A stretch of DNA of 64,000 bases from Podarcis gaigeae (Eukaryota). Made by a program: the position numbers and the translations under genes. The DNA lies in NCBI GenBank assembly GCA_964106915.2, contig OZ066914.1; one strand, given 5' to 3'. The notes under the pieces are model-generated. The model worked only from the letters and a program-made list of their open reading frames with translations. It did not search any database and was not told where the DNA came from. Of the stretch, positions 14,609 through 35,767 are shown in pieces (positions within the stretch are counted from its first letter, which is position 1; every line of letters begins with the position of its first letter).

Positions 14609-17600
14609 AGAAGAGTAGTTCTAAGGGGCATAAACATCTAATGAAGAAACTGACAGCAACACAGGGAAAACTAACATAGTGAAAACCTGGAATGACTGCT
14701 ATTGTTGACTTTTATCCAATGGTGAAATATGTTTTTTCTCATGCAGTTCTGTTAAGAGGGGGTCATTTTATGGCTTCCAGAAATGTGCTGGCCACAGTAC
14801 TAATCTTTCTGTGCCCACTTCTCTCTCTTTTCCTTTTCTTTTTTGGTGGTGTTAAGAAAAACTTATTCGAAACTTTATTCCAGCCAAAACATTTAAAACG
14901 AAAATTCCTACAGACTCAGTTGACTGTGGCTCAGCCTGAAATTGCTGACTTGGTGGAAAGATAGTGAGATGGCACCAGTCACTCCCTCTGCAGGGCTGTC
15001 TCGATCTATGTACAGTGTTAAAATTTTATTTATTAATTTATTTTTGTGACTATTGCTCTAAACTTTTCACATGCATTTTGTAGCTGTGATTGTTTCCATG
15101 TCTTTCCCACACATTTTGTTGCAGTAAACATAACTATACTAGTAGATTGGCAGGCGGAATTTCTGAACTACTTTTTGCTGCAGCCTGCCTTGCTGAATTT
15201 TACTCATAGGTTTTTTTCTTTTCTTTTCTATAAAAAATACAGTCTTGTTCTCCCTGTTTTGCCTTCTGTTTTAAAGAAAAACCTATGCTATATACCTACA
15301 CCTGCACTTGCTTCCAGAGGACAGCACACCCTTTGGACCAAGCTACGGAGATTTGTTACAAGACTGTTTGCAAACATGAATGCTTTTGCAAGAACTGTAC
15401 AACATTTTATATAAAACTTGACCTCTACACTAAGGAGTTTTTTTAAATTGAAGAATTGTTAAATTCTATTTATAAAGTTATAATTAGAAGTGGTGTTCAA
15501 CTGGTGTTGTATACTGGGCTCTTCAGATGATGTTTTTGGGCGGTGGGAGGGGGGGGAGAAACACAGGGTTGCTATAGCATTTATTAGATAAAAAGTTTTA
15601 GTTTAATTCTAGCATAAAGTTAAAGAAATTTGTCAGTGAAGAGAGCCTGACACCCGTTTTTAAGTACTGCTCAAGTGAAGCATGAGATGTACCTAGCATC
15701 CCAAGAGGGAGACCCATTTTATGTCTCCTCTCCATTGCTAAAACCAGAAAACTACCAATTAAATGTGACTGGACAGAACATTTAGACAGTTGTGATGTAA
15801 CTATTTTCATTTCCTTTTTTGTGATTAAAAACAAAGCAGGTCAGTGGGGTGGGAATGAGACTGCATGGTGTTTTATTGTGTTCAATGAAAACTTGCCATA
15901 TTTTCCCAAACTCATTAGTCCACGGCTTTGGCTCTCAAATTGCTTATCCTAGAAGGTTGTTCTTTCATTTACCGTGCTCTCAGATTAAAAATCCCCCTTC
16001 CTGTTTACTGAATTATCAAACCATATTCCCAGAGTACTAGTTGATAAAAGTATTTCAGAAATGGCTATCCTACCGAATTTTTTGAGCTATTCTTTCTGGT
16101 CAAAAATCAGTTCTGCATCCACTATTGTCCATCTGATCATCTGACTAAATTGCTTTGGTGACCTGGGTCTTTTTTATCAGCTTTCCCCCTTGCACTTCTC
16201 ATGTGGGATTTTTCATTCACTGCACTGTAGGACTGAGAACCTTGCAGCGTAGCATCTTTTCTGGGACTGGTTGGCTCTCATAATATATTATAGAGCAGCC
16301 CTCTTTTTGGCTGGCTGGACAGCCAACCATCCATAAATTAATTGCAAGATTAGGGACCTGGAATGTTGTTTGTGCTTTTTAGTATGTCCCTCCCAGAACT
16401 TCCTGGCAGTCTTGCTCTCTCATACACTCTTCTGAATGGTAGTTAAGATACATTCATCAGAACTGATATTCTGCTACTGTTTTCCGTCCATGAGTGAGCA
16501 TGAAATAGAGCAATGTCTGTGGCAAAGGAATAGGATGGGTCACATGATACTCATTGAACATCTATTAAATGAAAACTGAGATGGCTTTTTTGGTTTCGGA
16601 GTGTACATGCCAGGAAAGGTCTTAGGCAAAATAACTTTTATTTCCCTGTTCACATTAGGCTGTGAAAAGTGTTCAATACTCAGGAAATTTTCCTGTTCTG
16701 AGACACACATATACTCAGGGTAGAAGAGCCATACTTACAACACAGACATCTTGTATGAGAAAGGGAGATATTGAAGTTATTTGTGTTGATTTAACCTCTA
16801 AAGTTGTCAAATGCATTAGTGTGACAGCAGAATCAAGATGTTGATAGACAAATACCTCAATGCTTATTGATACAGTTACCTAGTAGGTGATTCTTCTGGG
16901 TTTCTCTTGGGAGAAAGGCAATATCAAACAAATTCAATGTTACTGTCAAAACGTTTCTGCAAAATAATTTTCTTCAAATTACTTGAGCACTGTCTGTATT
17001 CAGGGATCAAGGTGGAAAATGGGTGTAGAAACGAACTAGCACTGTGGTCTTGAGTAAGTAGGTATGCAAGAATGTATGGGCAGGCCTGTTGTTTTTAATA
17101 TTACATGGAATAGAACGGCCAAGATTTCTAGAAAAGTAGTAGTAGGGAAAGGAATCTTTTTGGTTCAAAGCGGAGAGTATGGTTCCTTTGAAATGGTGCT
17201 TTTACAGGAAAGAGGCAGAACATAGTTAAGTAGAACTGAGAATGAATTTTAGGTAAATTAAAAGATGATAATTGTTAGGTGTTTCCTTTTTTTTTTTAAA
17301 AAAAGGAAGTAGTTTAATGGGCCCTTCATTTCCACTATTATATCCATGAATTGGGGAGGTTTTAGGAGTGACTATCCTCAGCCAGCCAGTTGTCTGAAAC
17401 CATTTGGTGCGTGTTAGCTTCTTAGCTATCTTGTTTTCTGTCCCAAGGATTTGTTGCTGAGAAGAAATGGGAGGAAAGACTGTTTCCTCTTAAGGAAAAC
17501 ACTTTGATAGTTAAATGTCAGCCTGCTTTACTTTTAGTTTTGAACTGCATGTAAATTATTTGGCTTTATTATAGATGTTCGCTGGCCCTATTAGGAAACT

Positions 17601-18790
17601 TCAACAGATAATCTAAGGGTTGTGGAAACAGAAATGCATGTAGTATCTGAACCTGGCCCACTTCTACTGATTTTTAATGTTTGCATGCAAATTAATGTAT
17701 TAAGGTAAATGGAGAAAGTATGTACCATGAACTCATCACTGATGCCATGCTGACATATTATATCCATGCTTTCTGAAATGTTTCTGTACAGTGCAATTTG
17801 CATTTTATTCTTTGTGTATGCTGTTTCCTTTTTTCAAGGAGAATCCTTAGAAAAGAGAACAAATACCTGTACACTTGAATGGGACAAAATGGCCTCTCGT
17901 TGTTTCTACAGAAACACAGGAGACATTTGAAAGCCAAAATTGTGTTTACACCAGCTATTGGTATATGCAACTGGTGCTACAATATATGGCCATTTTATTA
18001 TTAACCCCTCCCCTCTTTTAAATCCAATCCTTTTCAGTGACACCTCTAATAGTTGGGCCTGTTAGAAAGGATTAGCGTCCTCTTTTGCTCAACTGATCCA
18101 GAATACATTTCTTTCTGCAAAAAGAGTTACTGTTATGGCCAGTGTACGCATTTTAAACTATGTTGTTGCATATCATCACAGAAGTTAAGCCACTGGACCT
18201 CCAGTAGCATCCAGTATTTTTAATTTTATTTTTTAAAAAATAGATAAATAAATCAGTTGGAGGGGTGAATAGCTGCCTTGTGGACCTTCAGGCAGGTACT
18301 GTTGTGACTAGATTGCTCTTTCCATAGATAATAACTAGAGCATCCAGAATCCTGTATTGTTTGTATATTATATTCTGGAGCTGGGCTGCTTACATATTGA
18401 GTTAATCTGCTGTAGATCACAGACTGTGATGCATGGAGCAGCAATTTAAGGAATAAGCCATGTCTACTCAGCATGTCTAAGTTAAGTCTAGGCACCAGAT
18501 AAACATCCCTTTTACCTGTGTTATTTCAACACTCCCTTCCTATTCTCCGCTTGTTTAAAAGGAGATAACAACCCTGAAACTTTTATTTATAAATGTGTGT
18601 TTTCTACCTTGGCTTTAAGAGGGGAGAAAAAACTTTTAAAATGTCTTCTTTTTTAATTATTTGAAACAATTGTTTTATGTTTGTGGGGGTTTTGCACTGT
18701 GAGCCACCTTTCTGGGGCTATTTTTAATTCTGTATTCATTTGTACTCTGCGTCTTAAGTAGTTTCAATAAAAAAAGGTGTGAACCTTTGT
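14609..18790 (+). other. MAPKBP1: Probable long (~4.2 kb) MAPKBP1 3' UTR ending at an AATAAA poly(A) signal (18766-18771)
   Basis: AU-rich, nearly repeat-free stretch after the stop; TGTA elements upstream of AATAAA at 18766 and T/GT-rich sequence downstream. End point inferred. Confidence 0.5.
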
Positions 18791-19932
18791 TACTAAGCTG
18801 TCTTCATGCTGTTGCTCAGTGGCTATAGCCTTCTTTCATTTTTATAGTTTATTAGGGTTCTTATAGCAAAACAATTCTGTCCCTTCCTTCTCCTGACCTT
18901 CCCTCCCTTGCCCTTTGTAGTAATAGCATTTTCATTTCTTTTAACACATTGCATTGTTCAGATTCATGTTGCAGTGTTCAAGTAAGATGCTGCATTCAGG
19001 ATCCAGCTAAGCAAACACTGTGTTGGAGTTTTTGCTAACATGGGGTTGTTGTTTTTTGCAGGGGGCGGGACCATGCTGGATTGGCCAGATTCTATATTTC
19101 CAAAACAAACCTTTCAGCATTCACTACCAACTAGTTTATAAGAGCCTTTAGAGCAAAAATTACTTGCCTTTCTATAGAACAAATGCTGAACCACAACCAA
19201 CTTCCATGGGCAGGAGTATGCATAGGCACAAATACCATTTTCTCCAGTTTTCGTTGCTTTGTTTACACAAATTCTAGTCACACAGTGGCCAGTAGTAATA
19301 GGTGCTCTATTATTTAACAAAAAAATATTTCCATTAACCTGCTCCTCCTTTATAAGTGATTGAAGATTGAGGATTGAGGGGGCTATTGGGTTATTTTAAT
19401 TTTTATTAGGTATTTTGGTGTTTTATATCTTGATTTTATTCTGTGAACCACCCCGAGACCCCCGGGTATAGGGCAGTATATAAATTCAATAAATAATAAT
19501 AATTGACTGGGTGTTTCAGCACCAAAATGTCCCAAGGTTCATGCCAAATTTGAAAATAAAAAAACTTTGGCCTCAATCTTGACTGGCCAAGTTTGGACCA
19601 CCACCCCACAAGAAACAGCTAAATCTCCTCATGCATCAATGAAGTGTTTTGTTATAGTAGAATTTAGATGAGAAAAGAGAGCCAGAACCGCCACTGACAG
19701 CAGCGAATTGACATAAACCCGAACCAGGAGAGCTTATTATCTTGGCATGGCAGGCGGAGCTCTCCTCTCGCTCGCCCGTAGGGAGGCGGGCCTCGTTTCT
19801 CCCGCGCCCGGCGAGGCCGGCCCTCTCCTTGGGCAGCCGGAGAAGGGCGGACCCAAACGCGAGCCGGACCCAAACGCGGCTCAGGCGGCGCGAGACGCAG
19901 CCGCTGCTGCTGAAGGAGCAGCAGCTCCCGCC

Positions 19933-29428
<9,496 letters not shown>

Positions 29429-29809
29429 GGTCTTGGAACAGCTAACCTACTGATGTGGAACTACGGCTGGAATGTGAACAATTTAATTATGGCCTATTAA
29501 ATCAAGACAAAAGGCAACTGTTTTGCTGTTGACAATTGTTTTGCTGTCACTGAAGCTTAACATCATGTGGATGTTCATGGCATTGTGGACAAAATGGCAC
29601 CTTATATGGTGGTTTACCTTAAGTAACCGTTGAAATCAAGCACATGAGATGAATATCACCTGCATGGATGAAGCACATTTTCTGGATCTGTTTCAGTCAG
29701 GCTTCACAATAATGTAGTTCCTATGGTGAAAAGTCCATTTCTGGAGATCGACAGGGCCCTAACTTGTCCTCAGTACATTAGATCATCTGTATGAATATTC
29801 TGGAGGAAT

Positions 29810-30012
29810 ATTACAGGGAACCAGGCAGAGGGCCTTCTTGGTAGTGGCACCCACCCTGTGGAACACCCTCCCATCAGATGTCAAGCAGAAAAGTAACTAT
29901 ACAACCTTTAGAAGACATCTGAAGGCAGCCCTGTATAGGGAAGTTTTTGATGTTTTATTCCGTTTCTGTATATGCTATATGGGCAGGGTACAAATAAAAT
30001 CATTATTATTAT
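29810..30012 (+). mobile_element. LINE (L2-like) 3' fragment downstream of the JMJD7 stop
   Basis: GGGCCTTCTTGGTAGTGGCACCCACCCTGTGGAACACCCTCCC...AATAAA(ATT)n, a typical L2 3' end. Confidence 0.6.
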
Positions 30013-30309
30013 TAGTGGTCTGGTTGGGCATTAATAACCTGAAGTTGAATCAATACAAGAGCGAAACTATGATAGCAGGCTGCTATTTAATAGGGTTTTT
30101 TTGCCTGTTAAGGATGTGGTCAACTCCTGTGGTCACAATTGTTTGCAGCAGCCACCAGGAGTGTTTTTATCCTCTCATCACTTACATAACCAAGATTCTG
30201 TTGGCTATACTCCTTCCCGGAAATAAATACTGGTGACCTCATGGATCGACGACTGCCATGTTTTCAGTGTAAATCTGTCCTTTACAACTGTTTGAAAGCT
30301 TCAACTAAA

Positions 30310-30520
30310 ATAGAATGCAGCTGGAAGGGACCCTGAGGGTCATCTAGTCCAACTCCCTGCAATGCAGGAATCTTAACTAAAGCATCCATGACAGATGGCC
30401 ATCCAACCTCTGCTTAAAAACGTCCAAAGGAAGGAGAGTCCACCACCTTCTGAAGTCTGCTCCACTGTTGAATAGCTCTTACCACCAGGAAATTCTTCCT
30501 GATGTTTAGTCCTTGTATCT
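30310..30520 (-). mobile_element. CR1 LINE 3' fragment
   Basis: TAGAAT...GGAAGGGACCCTGAGGGTCATCTAGTCCAAC...CCATCCAACCTCTGCTTAAAAACGTCC, reverse complement of a CR1 3' end. Confidence 0.75.
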
Positions 30521-30635
30521 TGAAGTGAGTGAAGGATGTGAAAAGCAAACCTTAGCTTTAATTAACAAGGCATATAAAGCTTTGGGCTAAGGAATCGCCT
30601 ATTCGGCCAAATTCTGACAGCTGCAGAGCTCACTA

Positions 30636-30834
30636 CAGTGGAACATTGGGTTAAGAACTCCATTCGTTCTGGAGGTCCGTTCTTACCCTGAAACTGTTCT
30701 TAACCTGAGGTACCACTTTAGCTAATGGGGCCTCCTGCCGCCGGGGCACGATTTCTGTTCTCATCCTGAAGTAAAGTTCTTAACCTGAGGTACTGTTTCT
30801 GGGTCAGCGGAGTCTGTAACCTGAGGTACGACTA
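30636..30834. mobile_element. Tc1/mariner MITE, family A, older copy
   Basis: Internal similarity to 28806-29047; degenerate TIRs after TA. Confidence 0.8.
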
Positions 30835-30999
30835 TTGTGTCCATGAACTCAAGAAGACAAATTATTACGTTACAATTTGGAAGGGCAAACAGGTTCAAGC
30901 ACCTCGCAAGCAAACAAGGGCTAATCCCCTGCCCAAACTCGTTTTCTTTCACATGGAGCTGGCAGGCAGTATCGGTTCTCAGGAGACGGGCAGCTCCCT

Positions 31000-31830
31000 C
31001 TCAAAGTGTGTCCCCCGCCAGCGAGTTAGGAAATACATTTCCCAGAAGCCCTAGCGACACCGCTTCCTTTTGTGGGCAGCTTGCAAAGACCCGCTTGACT
31101 TTAGGCTGGGAGCAAAAGTTACCGGGCGCGCGGGTTTTTCCTTTTTCTAAAAGCATTGCTCGAAGGACAACTGCCGGCGCGTTGGGGAAGAGGCTACTCC
31201 CTCCGACAAGGCAGACCCGATGGCGGCGGCGGCGGCGAGGATCCTGGTCTTGCCCTCTCCCCGCTGCCTGTGGGACGAGCCGGTCCAAGTGAAAGTCGAG
31301 GGTCTGGGGCCGCTGCAGGAGGTGACGCTGCGAGCATCCTTGGTGGACGAGAGCTGCGAGCTTTTCCAATCGCTCGCCTACTACCGGGCGGGCAGCAGCG
31401 GCGAGCTGGACCTCAGCCGCTCGGCGTCGCTGGGCGGCAGCTACTCCGGAGTGGAGCCCATGGGGTTGCTGTGGTCGCTGGCATCCCAGACGCCCTTCAA
31501 GCGCCTGGCCAAGAGGGACGTCCTCAGCCCTTTCCGCGTCACCTACGAGGTGCTCGACGGGCGCGGAGTCTCCGGGCGGCTCCTCGGCGAGTGCTGCAGC
31601 GAGAGGAGCTTTCTGGCCGACGGCGTGGAGAGGATCCCGGTGCGAGAAGGCAGGCTCCGAGCCACGCTCTTCCTGCCACCCGGTGAGCTTCATTCATCCC
31701 CCGCCCCCCCAGGGTCAAGAGGTTGCCACGCTCCTCGGATGAGCATTGAATGGCTCACCTCGGAAGCGCGGGCACTGCCCTTCCTGCCCATACATAATCG
31801 ACGGAGAGAGCCTCGACCAGCTTCGGGAGT
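31000..31830 (+). promoter_or_regulatory. CpG island over the promoter and exon 1 of the acyl-CoA thioesterase gene
   Basis: Very high GC/CpG density spanning the ATG at 31220. Confidence 0.75.
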
Positions 31831-33804
31831 TCATAGGATGGTTGAGTTGGATCCCAAAGGTCATGCAGTCCAACCCCCTGCAATACACTAATTCTGCCCA
31901 CAGCCGCCTCTAGGTGGGCTCGAACCAACAACCTTCTGGTTAACAGTCAGATGCACTAACCCACTGTGCCACCCTATCTTGTGGCTTTGAACTTCTTTCC
32001 CAGTTGTTGCGAGGGTGGTGGGGAGGGCTTTTTCTCCTTCCGGGTGACTCCCATCAGACCCAGTCTCATTAGCCAATGGAAAAGGGGTGATGGGAGCTGG
32101 CTGACTGCCAAGTTCCAGGGTTCCTAATCTCTGTTCTACCCAATAGATTTATTAAATTTTATTTGGGCATTTATAGCCCACAGCTCTATGATAAGTTCAA
32201 GGCAGCTTATAAAGAAGAAGAACTCACAGCAGAAAAATAAAATGGAGCTGAACAAACCAATAGTGCCATAAACAAATCACCATGAAAATTGCATCGCTGT
32301 CAACAGCAGCAGTCTAAAAGCCTTCACTAAAAACAAGTTATGGCAAGAATAATTGCCCCCACCAGTGACACTAATAATGGCAGTGGGACAGCGAGGAGAG
32401 TAGATCCCTTGGGAAGAGGGGATTCTTGAGATGCACAATACCATACTCTGATCATAAGCCCATTTTTGATGATTAAATTCTTTTTTTAGGCCCTGGACCA
32501 TTCCCAGGACTCATTGATTTGTATGGAAGTGGAGGAGGTCTTGTGGAATACAGAGCCAGTCTTCTGGCAAGCCGAGGTTTTGCTACACTGGCTGTTGCTT
32601 ACATGCACTTTGAGGATTTGCCAACTTTCCCAGAGTTCTTTGAAGTGGACTATTTTGGTGAGGCTGTAGAGTTCTTGCGGAAACAGCAGCAGGTAAGAGG
32701 CTCGCTAGAATCGCAGTTCTTTGGTGCTGTGTGCTGCCTGTTTTATTTAATTTAATGCATTTATGCCAAAAGGCTCCCAGAGAGGCTTAAAAGAGATCAA
32801 GTACTAAGAGGGCTCCATGCCCTCAAGTGCACCATTTAAAAAGACAAGACACATGAGGAAAAGGGAGCAGGAGGGAAGAGGTAGAATCCAGCTCAAGCAG
32901 AAGTTCTCGCAAGTTATAGTTCTTACGACACATTTATTTATTTCAACACTTAATATACTGTCTTCAGTAGATGCTTGCCTATGCAGATTATGGTTGGCTA
33001 GATTATGGTTAGATTATGGTTGGCTAGATTATGGTTGGCAGTTATATGCCCCTTTCAGTTTCCAATTCTCTTAAGAGCAGGGGGAGTGCTTTTTTCTTCA
33101 TTACCATGTAGCGCTAAATCTTTCTAACCAGCAGGCTTTTTAAAAGGGGGATAAAACTGACAAACATGGAGCTGACGGCAGTCCTTATCCAACTGTTGTT
33201 TCAGGTGAGAGCTACAGCGATTGGAGTCCTAGGACTTTCCAAAGGGGCAGATCTTGCCCTTGCTCTAGCTACGTTTTGGCCAGGTATCAGAGCGGCAGTC
33301 AGCATTTCTGGCTCAGGTGTTAATGCTTTTACCCCCCTGCGAGTGAAGGGGCTCACTATTCCTGCCTTTCCATGGGACATGGAGAAGATTAAGAACACCG
33401 GTGATCCCGCAGTTGTGGATTTCTCAGAAATCATGGCCGATCCCAAAGACCCAGCTACCTGGCATTGCCGCATCCCTGTGGAGATGTCCCTAGCCAACTT
33501 CCTTTTTCTGTCAGGGCAGGATGACAAAAACTGGCCGAGTGAGTCGTTTTGTCTAGAAGCCGTTAGACACCTCAGGCGGAGTGGGCGCCGTGTGGAGTTC
33601 TATTGCTACCCCGGGGCAGGGCACCTCTTAGAGCCCCCCTATCTGCCTCTGTGCTATACCTCATTTCACAGGCCACTGGGATTTCTCGTGGTCTGGGGAG
33701 GAAAATGGAGAGAACATGCAAAAGCACAGGAAGATGCCTGGCAGAGGATACTGGCTTTTTTCAGACAACACCTGCTGGATTCCACCGTTAAAAGTAATCT
33801 GTAG
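31220..33804 (+). CDS. Type-I acyl-CoA thioesterase (ACOT1-6/BAAT family alpha/beta hydrolase), complete, 3 exons, 421 aa
   Basis: Exons 31220-31682 (463 nt), 32490-32692 (203 nt), 33205-33804 (600 nt), the canonical type-I ACOT three-exon layout. Motifs [55 protein letters not shown]; catalytic triad GLSKG (Ser), GQDDKNW (Asp), [12 protein letters not shown] (His). Ends -SNL. Exact paralogue not assignable. Confidence 0.95.
31830..31975 (-). mobile_element. tRNA(Asn)-derived SINE with CR1-like tail in ACOT intron 1
   Basis: Minus strand GGTGGCACAGTGGGTTAGTGCATCTGACTGTTAACCAGAAGGTTGTTGGTTCGAGCCCACC resembles tRNA-Asn(GTT) with A/B boxes, followed by a CR1 3' end. Related SINE copies at about 51672-51800 and 61777-61930. 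Confidence 0.75.
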
Positions 33805-35767
33805 ATTGTGGTTTTGTACATGTGTGAAGGAGCTGGTTCGCATCCCACTTGACGCGATCCCACTTGATGTGCGCATCCCACTTGAGATGTCGAGAACAGG
33901 TGCGACGCCTACCTGTTCAGCCACGACCAGGTACGCTAGTAATGCGCTACAGACCTCAGCCAAGGCAATTGGTGAAAGCACATTTCCCTCAATGGCTCTT
34001 CCAGAAACTGACAGTGGCAGTTATATGCCCCTTTCAGTTTCCGATTCTCTTAAGAGCAGGGGGAGTGCTTTCTTCTTCATTACCACATAGCGATACTATG
34101 AGCACTTTGTCAGGATATAAGTGTAATGAGTGTTCTCTATTCGGCTTCATCTTGGAACTCAGATTTGAAATAACATGTCATTTTGCAGCCAAACAAAGGC
34201 ATGACAAGTTTACCAGCGCACTAGTGCCCTGGTCATGTGGCAGAGAAAGGTCATACCTAGCACACCTGCAGGGGTGTATCCTCCCTTCACCTGGCCACTT
34301 CATTTCCTCCTGTCTCATGCCATCCAAAAGGTCTTTTAAAGGAATCAATCTCGTTACTCATATCAAGCCAGACCTTCTTGTGAACCCTACCACTTAGTAA
34401 AATTTTGAGAAAGCCTGTTAAATTTACACACCTGTTGCTTTCCTTACATCTTAATACATTTATTATATTTAAGATCAGCCTTAATCAATCAATCAATCAA
34501 TCAATCAAGTAGTACATGAAAATTGCCGCACTCTTAAATTATGTCACTGTTCTTCCTTTGCTTTGTATAGCTCTATTCATTAAGCAATTTGTAATGATAA
34601 CATTTCTTTATATGTAATTAAAAGTGGAAAGAGCTGTCTCCACAGGTATTTTGTGAAGTTTAATGTGATATTGCTGCTTCTGAAAGATTTTTGTAAATCC
34701 CCTAGAGTTGGGGTGTGTGTATAATGACAGAGTATAAATAAAGAATCTAAAACTATGTTCAGAGAGCTTTTTTATATATATAGCATGCATTACCCCTGTG
34801 AATGTTTTTAACACTGTATAAATGTTGAACCCTTCTTTTCTGATTCCTCCGAAGCGTATGGGAAATTGCAGATTAAACATTAACTTGAAACTGAGTTCCG
34901 CCAAGAAGTTTGCTTGCTTAAAACAAAACCATCAGGATCAGTTATTAAACTAACACCCCCTTCCTGTTCCAGTTATATGTAGGAGTATTAAAGTGCATTA
35001 TTCTTATTCTCTTTAAACTCACACATTTTATATGTCAAAAGCTGACATAGCACCTGCTTTTGACATGAGTACAACATCCTTAGAGGATCCTGCTATGTAT
35101 TTTAACCAGATCTGGGCCATTCATTCCACTCAAAGTTTTGAACTGATCATCAGCTTGGGCCGTTCAAGGAAGTGGCAATGTATGAAATGGCCAGTTTATG
35201 CCATTTGCCCTTTCCCTTAAGTGAATGAACTAAAAACACTTCCACTTGCAAACTGATGTTCTCTCATGTATTTTAAGCTAAAATCTAGGCTTGCCCCAAA
35301 CACACAGTAGGAGTGAGTTGTTAAATTGCTGGATGTTCACAGGGTGCGTGTGTTTAAAATCTGTTCAAGTATAAAACTAGCAAAGCAGAGAATGGATTTT
35401 TCTCCATAGTGTGCTACATTTTGTATATTCATAAAGACTTTTGTGGGAAAAGATTGAAGAACTGTAGTGGTACAGTCTACTCTCCCAGCATAGGACTCTG
35501 CTTGTGTCAACCACACCTTAATGTCAATACATGTATCTTAAGGGAAATGAGCACCCATTCAAAAAAAATAAGATGTGAGAAAAAGAATGGCATTTCTTAC
35601 TCTGAAGAGTCACAAATAAGGTGGAGCTTGGGATGTGCATATAATATCTCACTAGCTCTTTGGCACCAGTCATTTTCTTTAATCAAAAAAAGAAGGAAGT
35701 TAGGAGGGTAACTAACACAGCAGAATACTTGGATTCCTGCCCATCGCTACCGCCTCTCATCTGTGCA

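Noticed and set aside
31001-31693. 230-aa minus-strand ORF and 176-aa alternative-frame ORF over ACOT exon 1
   Set aside because: Shadow ORFs of GC-rich coding sequence; no recognisable domain or splice context.
31900-31975. Functional tRNA-Asn gene
   Set aside because: Acceptor stem is degenerate and it is joined to a CR1-type tail, so it is a SINE head.
33839-33888. Short spaced repeats resembling a CRISPR array
   Set aside because: Eukaryotic locus; three 14-bp units with 0-5 nt spacing form a small tandem duplication.
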